From: a virus
Reading direction: 5' to 3' (one strand)
IMG/VR virus record: IMGVR_UViG_3300032323_000793
Location: 1 to 64,000 of that record
DNA length: 64,000 bases
The notes under the pieces are model-generated. The model did not search any database. It was given only the letters and a program-made list of their open reading frames with translations, and had not been told where the DNA came from. This document shows positions 9,923 through 18,971 of the stretch, one piece after another (the first letter of the stretch is position 1; the number at the start of each line of letters is the position of its first letter). A program made the position numbers and the translations under genes.

Positions 9923-10353
9923 AAATTGGTTTTACATGTTCAACCTTTGACCTGTTTCATGCTGGGCATATTATGATGCTCAAAGAAGCAAAAACAAAAT
10001 GCGATCATTTGATCGTAGGACTACAAACTGATCCCACAATTGATCGTCCGGGAATTAAAAATAAACCAGTTCAAAGTGTATTTGAACGATACGAGCAACT
10101 CAAAGCCTGCAAGTACATTGACGAAATCCTCGTCTATGAAACGGAGGCAGACCTTGTAAATATCTTGCTTTCTTATCCTATTAATGTTAGAATACTAGGA
10201 CAGGAATACGAACACGAAGATTTTACAGGCAGATATGAGTGCATGGATCGCGGTATTGAGTTTTATTTTAACAAACGTGAGCATAACTTTTCAACCAGCG
10301 AGTTACGCCAACGTGTAATTGCCGCTGAAATTAACAAAGGGCTAAAACAATGA
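9919..10353 (+). CDS. Glycerol-3-phosphate cytidylyltransferase-like (TagD-like)
   Basis: FDLFHAGH (HxGH), LIVGLQTD, ER, R...FSTSELR. Confidence 0.8.
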   Translation: MKIGFTCSTFDLFHAGHIMMLKEAKTKCDHLIVGLQTDPTIDRPGIKNKPVQSVFERYEQLKACKYIDEILVYETEADLVNILLSYPINVRILGQEYEHEDFTGRYECMDRGIEFYFNKREHNFSTSELRQRVIAAEINKGLKQ

Positions 10354-11270
10354 AAGAACTATGGGTAGAAAAATATAGACCTAAAAAACTAGACGAATAT
10401 GTTTGGCGGGATGAAGAACAGAAAAAACAAGTGCAGACATGGATTAAAGAAAAAAGCATTCCGCATCTATTGTTAAGTGGAACACCAGGCATTGGCAAAA
10501 CTACAATGGCTAAAATGCTGATTAACGAGATTGGTATCGAGGGATATGATGTTTTAGAGATTAATGCATCTAGAGAACGTGGTCTAGATTTAATGAAGGA
10601 AAGAATTACTAACTTTGTTAGCATGATCCCATTTGGTCCATTCAAAGTAGTACTACTAGACGAAGCAGATCGACTTACTCCATTCGCACAAGATGCTTTA
10701 AAAGGTGTCATGGAAGAATATAGCAACTTTAGCAGATTTATCTTAACCTGTAATACACCTAGTATGATTGTTCCTGCAATTCATAGTCGATGCCAACAGT
10801 TTCACTTTACTAAATTAGATCCTGTAGAATTTACTGCTAGGGCCGCAACTATTCTAGTAGAAGAATGTATAGAGTTTGATCTTGAAATATTAGATACCTA
10901 TGTTAAGTCAACATATCCGGATCTGAGAAAATGCATAAATCTATTACAACAAAATACTAGAGAAAACAAATTGTTTATGCCTAATCAAAGTGACACTGGC
11001 ACATTAGAGTGGAAGTTTGATATGGTAGAATTGTTTAAAGCAGGCAAGATTCAAGAGGCTAGAAAATTACTATGCGGTAAAGTACAAGCAGATGAAATCA
11101 TTCAGATTTATAGATGGATGTACGATAACTTAGAAGTGTTTGGTAACAATGATGTGCAAGATAAAGCCATCATGATTATTAAACAAGGAATAATAGATCA
11201 TCCAATCTGTGCTGATCCAGAAATTAATCTAAGTGCTACACTGATCAGGTTGTCTAAACTGAATGGCTAA
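10350..11270 (+). CDS. Sliding-clamp loader AAA+ subunit (gp44/RFC-like)
   Basis: WVEKYRP, GTPGIGKT (Walker A), LLDEAD (Walker B), SRC motif. Confidence 0.9.
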   Translation: MKELWVEKYRPKKLDEYVWRDEEQKKQVQTWIKEKSIPHLLLSGTPGIGKTTMAKMLINEIGIEGYDVLEINASRERGLDLMKERITNFVSMIPFGPFKVVLLDEADRLTPFAQDALKGVMEEYSNFSRFILTCNTPSMIVPAIHSRCQQFHFTKLDPVEFTARAATILVEECIEFDLEILDTYVKSTYPDLRKCINLLQQNTRENKLFMPNQSDTGTLEWKFDMVELFKAGKIQEARKLLCGKVQADEIIQIYRWMYDNLEVFGNNDVQDKAIMIIKQGIIDHPICADPEINLSATLIRLSKLNG

Positions 11271-11763
11271 GAAATCCAATGTTGCCAAGGGTCAAAATAG
11301 TTACGACTCAAAAGTAGGAGATAATCTTGTTGCATTTTTTAATAAAAATGTAACTCCCTATCCTACCGAAGTAGGAGGACCGGCATTTGATCTTATTCCC
11401 GTTGAAAAACAAAAAGACATTATGGTCAATGTTGCTCGTATGCACGGACAACAGGAATATAATCGTATTATGGAACTAGTAGCAGTATTACAAAAACAGG
11501 CTGCTAGTGTAAAACGAAGACTAGAAATAACTGATCTTGTACATGCCGCAAAATATCAATTCCAAACATATCACGGTCAAGTTTATTGGTTAGCCTACGA
11601 TACGTGGAAAGGCGGCACTATATTAACTATGCACGGCCCCGACGACTGGAGTAGTAGTGCTCCTGATTGGTATGATTATATTTGCCGTGTGAAATGGTTA
11701 GGGGACTATACATGGATAGAAGTAGATGCAGAAGGTAACCCCTTAGATGAAACAAAAATTTAA
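11263..11763 (+). CDS. Hypothetical protein (DUF2452-like)
   Basis: YPTEVGGPAF motif, coiled coil, G.VY.L and D.TW C-terminus. Confidence 0.5.
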   Translation: MAKKSNVAKGQNSYDSKVGDNLVAFFNKNVTPYPTEVGGPAFDLIPVEKQKDIMVNVARMHGQQEYNRIMELVAVLQKQAASVKRRLEITDLVHAAKYQFQTYHGQVYWLAYDTWKGGTILTMHGPDDWSSSAPDWYDYICRVKWLGDYTWIEVDAEGNPLDETKI

Positions 11764-12259
11764 ACAAGCGTACATGAAAACTGCAGAAATATTTGCAGAA
11801 CTCAGTCATGCACGTAGATTGCACGTTGGTGCTATTGTTGTTAAAGACGATAGAATTATTAGTATTGGCTATAATGGCATGCCTAGTGGTTGGGACAACA
11901 ACTGTGAAGATCGAGAATACATGACTGATGCTGGCGGTTGGCTAAGTCCTGAAGAGATTTACGAACAGTGGCCATATGTTGAATATAATGAAGACGCCGA
12001 AGAAGAGTATAGATATCGATTAAAAACTAAACCAGAGGTATTACATGCTGAGACAAACGCAATTGCCAAACTGGCTAAATCCAATGAGAGTGGCGATGGG
12101 GCTGTACTCTTTGTTACTCATGCTCCTTGCTTGGATTGTGCCAAACTCGTCTACCAGTCTGGACTTAATACTGTTTTCTATCGGAATTCTTATCGGGACG
12201 ATTCTGGAATACTATTCCTCAAAAAAGCAGGAATAACAGTGGAGAAATTAGATGAATGA
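11747..12259 (+). CDS. dCMP deaminase
   Basis: VGAIVVKD.RIISIGYNG.P.G, HAETNAI, PCLDC zinc motifs. Confidence 0.9.
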   Translation: MKQKFKQAYMKTAEIFAELSHARRLHVGAIVVKDDRIISIGYNGMPSGWDNNCEDREYMTDAGGWLSPEEIYEQWPYVEYNEDAEEEYRYRLKTKPEVLHAETNAIAKLAKSNESGDGAVLFVTHAPCLDCAKLVYQSGLNTVFYRNSYRDDSGILFLKKAGITVEKLDE

Positions 12260-12494
12260 AAGATATATGATTGTTAGTTATGTTCAAAAGCCGAATGGCA
12301 AATATGATGAACTAACTGAATTTAAAAGACACTATAGAACAAGTCACATACAAAGTTCTAAGGTCATCCTAGACCTTAAAGAAAAGAAAGTGATCAAAAA
12401 CGGACTTAACCCCGATGCTGGCTATGATGACATGATCGAGTTTTACAAAAGAATGCTAGGGGATCGGTTGACCCCCTATCTTCCTAAAGATTAA
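12252..12494 (+). CDS. Hypothetical protein
   Basis: GGAG RBS; last gene before the convergent phoH. Confidence 0.55.
   Translation: MNERYMIVSYVQKPNGKYDELTEFKRHYRTSHIQSSKVILDLKEKKVIKNGLNPDAGYDDMIEFYKRMLGDRLTPYLPKD
12457..12478 (-). terminator. Possible hairpin terminator for phoH
   Basis: TAGGGG/CCCCTA stem; on the minus strand followed by CATTCTTTT. Confidence 0.35.
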
Positions 12495-13228
12495 GAATCA
12501 CCGTATATCGCTAGTATCTCCTTGACCGCTTCATGGCGTTCGATATCACCGACTGTGAAATGGCATATATCCACATATCTGTGATTTTCAAAGTTATTAT
12601 ATAACTGCAAGAATTCTAATAATCCGTTGTTTGAAGGACGATCAGCCTGTTGTAGGTCTCCTGTAACTACCATTTTGCTGCCTTGTCCTAATCTTGTCAG
12701 TAACATTTTCATCTGACTGGGAGTAGCATTTTGCATTTCATCTGCAATAATCACAGCGTTCTTGAATGTTCTTCCTCGCATGTATGCTAAAGGGCTAGTT
12801 TCAATCACCCCCTCTGTTATCATGTTAGTAATTTCTTTAGCATAATAGTTTTCTGCGAAAACATCCATGATGGGCTTAGTCCAAGGTTCCATCTTTTGCT
12901 GTAGATCTCCTGGCAAAAATCCGTGCTCTTCATCCACTGACACAGCCGGTCTAGTTATAATGATTTTATCAGCATCACCATACTTTAACTGATCTATAGC
13001 CCATTGAACTGCCAGCATAGTTTTACCTGTACCGGCTGGCCCGATAGCAAAAATTATCATTTTCTGCTGATCGTTAAGTTTTAACAGGTAAGATTCTTGA
13101 TTTAGGTTCTTGGGGTATATCTGTACGCGATGGCGTTTTTGATGTTGATTATCTACTAACTTAATAACATTTGACTGCTGTTCTTGATAAGAGTTTGACT
13201 TTTGTGCTACTGCTCTTTTTCTCTTCAT
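12491..13228 (-). CDS. phoH: PhoH-family ATPase
   Basis: GPAGTGKT, GFLPG, YMRGRTF, DEMQN, GDLQQ.D motifs. Confidence 0.92.
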   Translation of the reverse strand: MKRKRAVAQKSNSYQEQQSNVIKLVDNQHQKRHRVQIYPKNLNQESYLLKLNDQQKMIIFAIGPAGTGKTMLAVQWAIDQLKYGDADKIIITRPAVSVDEEHGFLPGDLQQKMEPWTKPIMDVFAENYYAKEITNMITEGVIETSPLAYMRGRTFKNAVIIADEMQNATPSQMKMLLTRLGQGSKMVVTGDLQQADRPSNNGLLEFLQLYNNFENHRYVDICHFTVGDIERHEAVKEILAIYGDS

Positions 13229-13243
13229 ATAAGGTTAGCCCTC

Positions 13244-13306
13244 CTTTTAGTGTGTTAGGCACGGACCTCAAACCGTAGTGTCCGTAGCCGAACACAAAAG
13301 TATTTA
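13244..13306 (-). promoter_or_regulatory. Late box plus structured 5' leader hairpin of phoH
   Basis: Minus-strand TAAATA at 13306-13301. Arms CTTTT/AAAAG, GTGTT/AACAC, GGC/GCC and ACGGAC/GTCCGT form a long hairpin reaching the RBS. Confidence 0.55.
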
Positions 13307-13347
13307 ACAAACAGTTTCAAAAGTTATGTGTTATGATAAACTTTTGA

Positions 13348-13356
13348 CGATAAATA
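13348..13356 (+). promoter_or_regulatory. Late promoter CGATAAATA
   Basis: Box 14 nt before the ATG at 13371, followed by a GGAG RBS. Confidence 0.6.
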
Positions 13357-13370
13357 CTTAGGGAGAAATC

Positions 13371-13892
13371 ATGGCTGATATCAAAGACGTTATACAAAAT
13401 ATAGAGCAAATATATGGCTCTAACAATAGCCTAAACATACTCAAGGATTTTGAGCGTGTTATAGACGAACTAGATGTCTATGTTTTTGACAACTGGATCG
13501 ATGGCGAACTTATGGTGGGTCCAAAAGAATCACGCTACTTTGTAGAGTGTACTTTTATGTGGCCTAAAGATAAAATGCCCGAACCTAGAGGCGGACAGCG
13601 TCTTTTAGATTATGGCTGTAAAGTACAGTATGCTGAAAGCCAAATTGCCAAAGTAAGAAAAATTAAAACTCCTGACGATATTCGTCCAGGAACAAGAAAA
13701 GGTAAAATTGATCAAGAAGATATTTGGATGGTCAAAATTCTAATGCCTAAAAAATTAATGAGTGATATCAACAGAGGTTACAAAACTTTAGATAAAAATA
13801 AAGTAGAAGATATCCTTAATCAGAATAATGTAGTTGGCACACAGCCCGAACCAACACAGGAACCAGCGAATGCAGAACAACCAGCAACTTAA
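13371..13892 (+). CDS. Conserved-type phage hypothetical protein (late)
   Basis: RBS plus late box; 173 aa. Confidence 0.65.
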   Translation: MADIKDVIQNIEQIYGSNNSLNILKDFERVIDELDVYVFDNWIDGELMVGPKESRYFVECTFMWPKDKMPEPRGGQRLLDYGCKVQYAESQIAKVRKIKTPDDIRPGTRKGKIDQEDIWMVKILMPKKLMSDINRGYKTLDKNKVEDILNQNNVVGTQPEPTQEPANAEQPAT

Positions 13893-14607
13893 CGAAGGGC
13901 TGAGGTCAGAAGATCTCAGTGAGATGATACTTTCTACCCTAGAAATAGATACTTACAAATCTAAAATGGGAGAGGACCGTGATGTATGTGTGGTCAGTTT
14001 CAAAGCCAAAGACCGATCCCCTGCTAAAGATCTTATGGAGTTTATCGAGAAAGGATATAACTTTGTATTAGATGCTGATGTTAGTTCTGGTGAAAACAAA
14101 GACGGCGAATATTTTGTTTTCGTAGAATTGAATAGAACAGAAAAGTTAGCAGAACAAATACAAGAATTAATTTACGGAATTAAAAAATTAACTAATATAG
14201 AATCATTTAAATTTAGATACTATAAGAGTGGTAAGGAAAACGACCTCACAGAAGAAGCAGTAAAATCAGTAGTACCTTCTAACCCAATAGCCTATGAGCA
14301 GGCCATGAACGGGTTTAAAGTAGAAGGTTACAAACATTTCTTCAATAAAACATTGATGGACGATCTTTCTCTAAAAGGCGATTTAATAACTTTCCATAAA
14401 CCTTTTGACAAAAAATTTACATTTAAGATCATAGAAGATCAAGAATCTATATCTATGAACGAAGGTACTATAACAGTTGACGAAGAATCAACCAGCGAAG
14501 TTTTCTGGCTTACTAAAGTATTAGGCGATTATAACATAAACAAAATCGGAGAAAACTTCTTGTTCACTAACGGTGACAAAACTATTTTATTGCAAAGGAC
14601 AGAATAA
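13870..14607 (+). CDS. Hypothetical protein, possibly virion-associated
   Basis: Likely ATG at 13870 after AGGA; QLNE near the N-terminus resembles a prohead-protease site. Confidence 0.55.
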   Translation: MQNNQQLNEGLRSEDLSEMILSTLEIDTYKSKMGEDRDVCVVSFKAKDRSPAKDLMEFIEKGYNFVLDADVSSGENKDGEYFVFVELNRTEKLAEQIQELIYGIKKLTNIESFKFRYYKSGKENDLTEEAVKSVVPSNPIAYEQAMNGFKVEGYKHFFNKTLMDDLSLKGDLITFHKPFDKKFTFKIIEDQESISMNEGTITVDEESTSEVFWLTKVLGDYNINKIGENFLFTNGDKTILLQRTE

Positions 14608-15233
14608 TGAGTTTCACATTTAATTTTACCAAAGATCAATTAAAAGAAATGATTCCAAAAAATCCATACGTGGATCAATGGTACAAGGCAATATCAGAAA
14701 TTCTTCCAGAATATGAAATCAATACTCCACAGCGTGTAGCAGCCTTCTTGGCACAATGCGCTCACGAAAGTGGCGGATTTATTTTCTTAAAAGAGAATTT
14801 AAATTACAAAGCAGCAAGTCTTCGCAAAGTATTTCCTAAATACTTTCCAGATGATGCTACAGCAGCGGCCTACGCTAACAAACCACAAATGATTGCTAAC
14901 AGAGTCTATGCTAATCGTATGGGTAACGGAGACGAAGCATCGGGCGACGGTTGGAGATATTGCGGACGCGGTCTTATTCAATTAACTGGTAAAAATAATT
15001 ACACGTTTTTTGCTGCTTCATTAGATATTCCAGTAGAAGAAGCCAGCGAGTACCTAGAAACATTTGAAGGTGCTGTGCAGTCAGGTTGTTTTTTCTGGGA
15101 ACAAAATAAACTTAATCAGTGGGCAGACTCTGGTGATATTCTTACACTAACTAAGCGTATCAACGGCGGTACTATTGGCCTTGAAGATAGAATCAAACAC
15201 TATAATCACGCTCTGCACATTTTCGGAGTGTAA
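14607..15233 (+). CDS. Endolysin, glycoside hydrolase family 19
   Basis: AAFLAQCAHESGGF, ENLNY, GRGLIQLTGKNNY, TKRINGG..GL.DR. Confidence 0.9.
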   Translation: MSFTFNFTKDQLKEMIPKNPYVDQWYKAISEILPEYEINTPQRVAAFLAQCAHESGGFIFLKENLNYKAASLRKVFPKYFPDDATAAAYANKPQMIANRVYANRMGNGDEASGDGWRYCGRGLIQLTGKNNYTFFAASLDIPVEEASEYLETFEGAVQSGCFFWEQNKLNQWADSGDILTLTKRINGGTIGLEDRIKHYNHALHIFGV

Positions 15234-15689
15234 ATGTTTACTTGGTTAATAGACGCAGTTCTTAGTACCATTCCTGCCTGGATGTGGTTAGCCGGTGCTG
15301 GGGCTGGTCTAGTAGCATTCTTTTTTGCCAGCATATTCAGCCATTTCCCTCCTTTAAGACCTTACATGATGTTTGTAAAGCCTTTAGGAGGAATCGCAGC
15401 GTTGATTTGTGTGTTTATGTATGGCGGAAGCGGTGTGCAAGCCATGTGGGAAGAAAAAATACGTGTGGCCCAAGAGGTTGCAGACAAAAAAGCAACAGAA
15501 GCGGCCGATCTAAACAAAAAATTATCCGACGAACGCAAGAAAAAATCAGAAGTTAGGATCGAATACAGAGATCGTGTACGTACTGAAATACAGGTACAGA
15601 AAGAATTCATAGATAAAGATTGCAAGATAGATCCCAAAGTTCCAGAATTGCTAAACAAATCTGCTACTAATCCGGAGAAAGCCAAATGA
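15234..15689 (+). CDS. Inner-membrane spanin (Rz-like)
   Basis: N-terminal TM segments, coiled coil and C-terminal Cys; directly after the endolysin. Confidence 0.65.
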   Translation: MFTWLIDAVLSTIPAWMWLAGAGAGLVAFFFASIFSHFPPLRPYMMFVKPLGGIAALICVFMYGGSGVQAMWEEKIRVAQEVADKKATEAADLNKKLSDERKKKSEVRIEYRDRVRTEIQVQKEFIDKDCKIDPKVPELLNKSATNPEKAK

Positions 15690-15955
15690 AATTATGGCTT
15701 TTACTAACTCCTTTTTTATTAACCGGTTGTCTTTTAAAAGAGCCTGTACCTATTAAACAGATATGGCCAGATGTACCTAAAGAATTGTTAGATGCCTGTC
15801 CTAATTTAAAATTAGTAGATCCTAACACAAACAAATTAAGTGATATCATAGGTGTAGTATCCGATAACTATGGTACATATTATGAATGCAAAGCCAAAGT
15901 AGATGACTGGATTGTATGGTACAACGGTCAAAAGAAAATCTACGAAGGAAAATGA
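15686..15955 (+). CDS. Outer-membrane lipoprotein spanin (Rz1-like)
   Basis: Lipobox LLTGC, Pro-rich stretch, CP.L...NY..Y.EC. Confidence 0.7.
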   Translation: MKLWLLLTPFLLTGCLLKEPVPIKQIWPDVPKELLDACPNLKLVDPNTNKLSDIIGVVSDNYGTYYECKAKVDDWIVWYNGQKKIYEGK

Positions 15956-15956
15956 A

Positions 15957-16241
15957 ATGAATTTCATAAGAAAGTTAGAAGAAACAGCGGCTAAAAAACT
16001 AAGACGTATATTTTTAGATTCTAATAAACGTGCAGAATATGCTGTTAACGATGTTGATAGATTAGAAAAAGAACTAGCGGCTGCTAAAATCAAAGCATAT
16101 CAAGAAGCAAAACATGCTCACGAAGCAGCAATTAGAGCAGCAGAAAAGGCACAAAAAGTAGCAGCAGAAATGATGTTAGAAGTTCGAGCCTGTGAAGAAC
16201 GAGTAAAGACACAAGAAGAAATTCTTAAAGGCAGCGAATAA
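15957..16241 (+). CDS. Hypothetical coiled-coil protein
   Basis: Ala/Glu/Lys-rich helix; ATG at 15957. Confidence 0.5.
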   Translation: MNFIRKLEETAAKKLRRIFLDSNKRAEYAVNDVDRLEKELAAAKIKAYQEAKHAHEAAIRAAEKAQKVAAEMMLEVRACEERVKTQEEILKGSE

Positions 16242-16468
16242 TGAACTGGTTTCATAGTATGCTTACAGACGGCTCAGACGACGGCATTAGCAGCAAACGA
16301 GCAATCACCGTGGCTGCTTTTTTATTATGTGCTGCAGGGTTTGTAGGAGATTTAATCTGGGATAAAAAGGTAGATCCCAATGTCTACGAATCCATGATGT
16401 ATATTGCTATAGCAGGCCTAGGATTTACAGCATCAGAAAAATTTAGTAAGCAAAAACCCAAAGAATAA
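16241..16468 (+). CDS. Putative holin (2 TM)
   Basis: SSKR motif, two hydrophobic helices and a basic C-terminus; end of the lysis cassette. Confidence 0.5.
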   Translation: MNWFHSMLTDGSDDGISSKRAITVAAFLLCAAGFVGDLIWDKKVDPNVYESMMYIAIAGLGFTASEKFSKQKPKE

Positions 16469-16494
16469 TAGCAGCAGTTTATTCATAAACAACC

Positions 16495-16518
16495 AAGCCC
16501 AGTTTTCTGGGTTTTTTT
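16495..16518 (+). terminator. Rho-independent terminator
   Basis: AAGCCCAG-TTTT-CTGGGTTT followed by a T-run. Confidence 0.75.
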
Positions 16519-16554
16519 GTTAAATAACATTATAGTTAATTAAAGCAAGGAGCG

Positions 16555-16845
16555 GTGATGGACGATAAAAAGTTAATCAAGTGGGTGTTTATAATTTTGT
16601 TAGCCCCTCTTGCGTTGGCATATTTTAGTGATGGGGAGCGATTTAGATACCCCTGTCAAGACCCTAAAAACTGGGATAAAGAAATGTGCAAGTTACCTCA
16701 CTGTGATGTTACACGCACATGCCCAGAACATATTTTTAAAGGTCAACGTGACCCAAGACTAGGACCAGGAACAAATGAACCGAATAAAACAATTACTACT
16801 CCGGCTCAAGGGGTTAATGCACAAGGAGCAAACTGTGGAAAATAA
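16555..16845 (+). CDS. Secreted/membrane-anchored Cys-rich small protein
   Basis: N-terminal hydrophobic helix; FRYPCQDP.NW...C..P.C....TCP; AAGGAG RBS; TAAATA at 16521-26. Confidence 0.6.
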   Translation: MMDDKKLIKWVFIILLAPLALAYFSDGERFRYPCQDPKNWDKEMCKLPHCDVTRTCPEHIFKGQRDPRLGPGTNEPNKTITTPAQGVNAQGANCGK

Positions 16846-17341
16846 TAACGTGTCTCAACGCTATACTGAAGACGAGTTAATGGCTCGACTCAAATTCTTT
16901 ATTGGCATTTGCCTAGCACTAACACTATTTGGTATTGTATTTGTTGTGTTATATTCTTTGATTTTTGTAACGCAGCCCCTCAATGCTATTAGTCCAATTG
17001 ATCAAAAGTTTTTTGAACTTATAATTCCTATTGCTACATTCTTAACTGGCACATTGTCTGGAATCATGTTAGCAGGCGGTGACAAAGATCTAAGAGCCAA
17101 AGCATTAGAGGCTGCCAATAAGGCTCCGACAGTAAGTCCAGCACCAACGACACCTGCACCTAGCGGATTTAGTGCTAGTGCTAGTTTTGGTGGGGCAACT
17201 GCTAGTTATAAAGCACCAACTGCGTTTGGCGATTCAACACCGGCTTTTGGTACAGCAGCACCTAGTCCGTTTGGTGCGGCACCTATGATGTCAAGTACAG
17301 GTAAACCGATGCCAGTACAACCACCTCAACCTGAACTATAA
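16835..17341 (+). CDS. Two-TM membrane protein with Pro/Ala/Ser-rich tail
   Basis: Likely GTG at 16835 after AGGAG; two long hydrophobic helices. Confidence 0.6.
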   Translation: MENNNVSQRYTEDELMARLKFFIGICLALTLFGIVFVVLYSLIFVTQPLNAISPIDQKFFELIIPIATFLTGTLSGIMLAGGDKDLRAKALEAANKAPTVSPAPTTPAPSGFSASASFGGATASYKAPTAFGDSTPAFGTAAPSPFGAAPMMSSTGKPMPVQPPQPEL

Positions 17342-17351
17342 GGAGCATTAA

Positions 17352-17582
17352 ATGAAAAATATTATTTTTGCAGCAGGTCTAGCATTAGCAGTAGCATATC
17401 CTGCATATGCTAATAATCACGATAAAAAAGAAGCAGAAACTGTAAAGGTATGTGTTGATATACAAGGCAAAGATGGCAAGCCTATAATCGATCCAAAAAC
17501 CAAAAAACCAAAACAGGACTGCAAGGAAGTAAAAAAGCACAAGAAACACGAAGGAACAGCAGTACCTGAAAAGAAAAAATAA
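17352..17582 (+). CDS. Small secreted Lys-rich protein
   Basis: Signal peptide ending AYA; two Cys; AAGGAG RBS. Confidence 0.6.
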   Translation: MKNIIFAAGLALAVAYPAYANNHDKKEAETVKVCVDIQGKDGKPIIDPKTKKPKQDCKEVKKHKKHEGTAVPEKKK

Positions 17583-17602
17583 TCCTTCACTGCTTTCATA
17601 TT

Positions 17603-17638
17603 AAATAAAAAGGCCACTTAAGGCCTTTTTATTTTTTT
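17603..17638. terminator. Bidirectional terminator-like inverted repeat
   Basis: AAATAAAAAGGCC-ACTTAA-GGCCTTTTTATTT plus T-run. Confidence 0.7.
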
Positions 17639-17641
17639 AAT

Positions 17642-18487
17642 ATGGACTATTATTCTACTTTAGGTTTAAATCGAAATGCATCTCAAGAAGAGATAAAGAA
17701 AGCCTACCGTAAGATGGCTATGCAACATCACCCTGACCGAGGCGGTGATGAAAAGAAATTCAAGCAAATCTCAGAGGCTTACGAGATCCTTAGCGATCCT
17801 CAGAAAAAACAAATGATTGATATGGGCGTTGATCCCAAAGCACAACAGCACCACGGCGGCTTTGGACAAAGCGGACCTTTTGAATTCCACTTTGGCACAA
17901 ATAATTTTGATGACATATTTGGTAATTTTGGATTCGGCGGCTTTCAACAAAGACACGCACATCGCAATAAAACAATAAGTTTAGTTGTTGATCTAACTCT
18001 AGAAGATGTTCTTAACGGCAAAAATCTTGACGCCGAAGTCGCTATACCCGGCGGCAGAAAGAAAATTATTAACATTGCTATTCCAGCAGGTATAGAAGAA
18101 GGACAACAGATTAGGTATCAGGGCATGGGTGACAACAGTGTACCTAACATACCTGCAGGCGATCTAATAGTAAATGTTAGAATTATTCCGCATCGCACAT
18201 ACAGACGAGAAGGCGATAATATTGTAGTAGAAAAGTATATTTCAGTTTGGGATGCTTTGCTAGGAACAAAAATAGACATCAACACATTAGATAATAAATC
18301 ATTAGAAATAACAGTTCCGTCTGGTAGTCAACCAGAAACTGTTTTAAGTTGCCGTAATGAAGGATTACCTAATATGCGTAGCAAACTTCGCGGTAACTTA
18401 TTGGTAAAAATTAAAATAAAAATACCAAAAATTACAAATAAAAATCATTTAGATATCATACAACAATTAAAAGACAATGGATTATAA
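17642..18487 (+). CDS. dnaJ: DnaJ class II chaperone (no zinc finger)
   Basis: DYYSTLG, HPD, G/F-rich linker, C-terminal DnaJ domain. Confidence 0.9.
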   Translation: MDYYSTLGLNRNASQEEIKKAYRKMAMQHHPDRGGDEKKFKQISEAYEILSDPQKKQMIDMGVDPKAQQHHGGFGQSGPFEFHFGTNNFDDIFGNFGFGGFQQRHAHRNKTISLVVDLTLEDVLNGKNLDAEVAIPGGRKKIINIAIPAGIEEGQQIRYQGMGDNSVPNIPAGDLIVNVRIIPHRTYRREGDNIVVEKYISVWDALLGTKIDINTLDNKSLEITVPSGSQPETVLSCRNEGLPNMRSKLRGNLLVKIKIKIPKITNKNHLDIIQQLKDNGL

Positions 18488-18971
18488 TCTAGGATTACAT
18501 TCAAGTTTACAACAGATCAGCGATCCTTGGGACTTTGCATCGGACGGCGATGCAGAAAAAATAGAACACGACATGTGTTACTTTATGATGAAGCACATGG
18601 GTATAGGTTTAGCGGCTAATCAAATTGGATTAACAAAACAAGTATTTGTTATGGGTAGCGAAAACATTCCCGGTTTTCCAAAACCATTTGCTGTCTTTAA
18701 TCCCAAGATAATATCTTCGAGTGACGATACAGAATTATTCAAAGAAGGCTGTTTGAGTTTTCCAGGACTATGGTTGAATATTAAAAGACCTAAAAAGATT
18801 TTAGTTGAATATCAAAACAGTCGAGGAGATATTATAGAAGCAGAAATGGATGGTCTAGTGGCCAGATGTTTTCAACATGAATTTGATCATCTCATTGGCA
18901 CATGTTTTGTTGACATAGTAAGTCCTATGAAGTTACAATTAGCAATGCAGAAATTAAGGAAACAAAAATAA
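18477..18971 (+). CDS. def: Peptide deformylase
   Basis: [15 protein letters not shown] and QHEFDH are all intact. Confidence 0.92.
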   Translation: MDYNLGLHSSLQQISDPWDFASDGDAEKIEHDMCYFMMKHMGIGLAANQIGLTKQVFVMGSENIPGFPKPFAVFNPKIISSSDDTELFKEGCLSFPGLWLNIKRPKKILVEYQNSRGDIIEAEMDGLVARCFQHEFDHLIGTCFVDIVSPMKLQLAMQKLRKQK

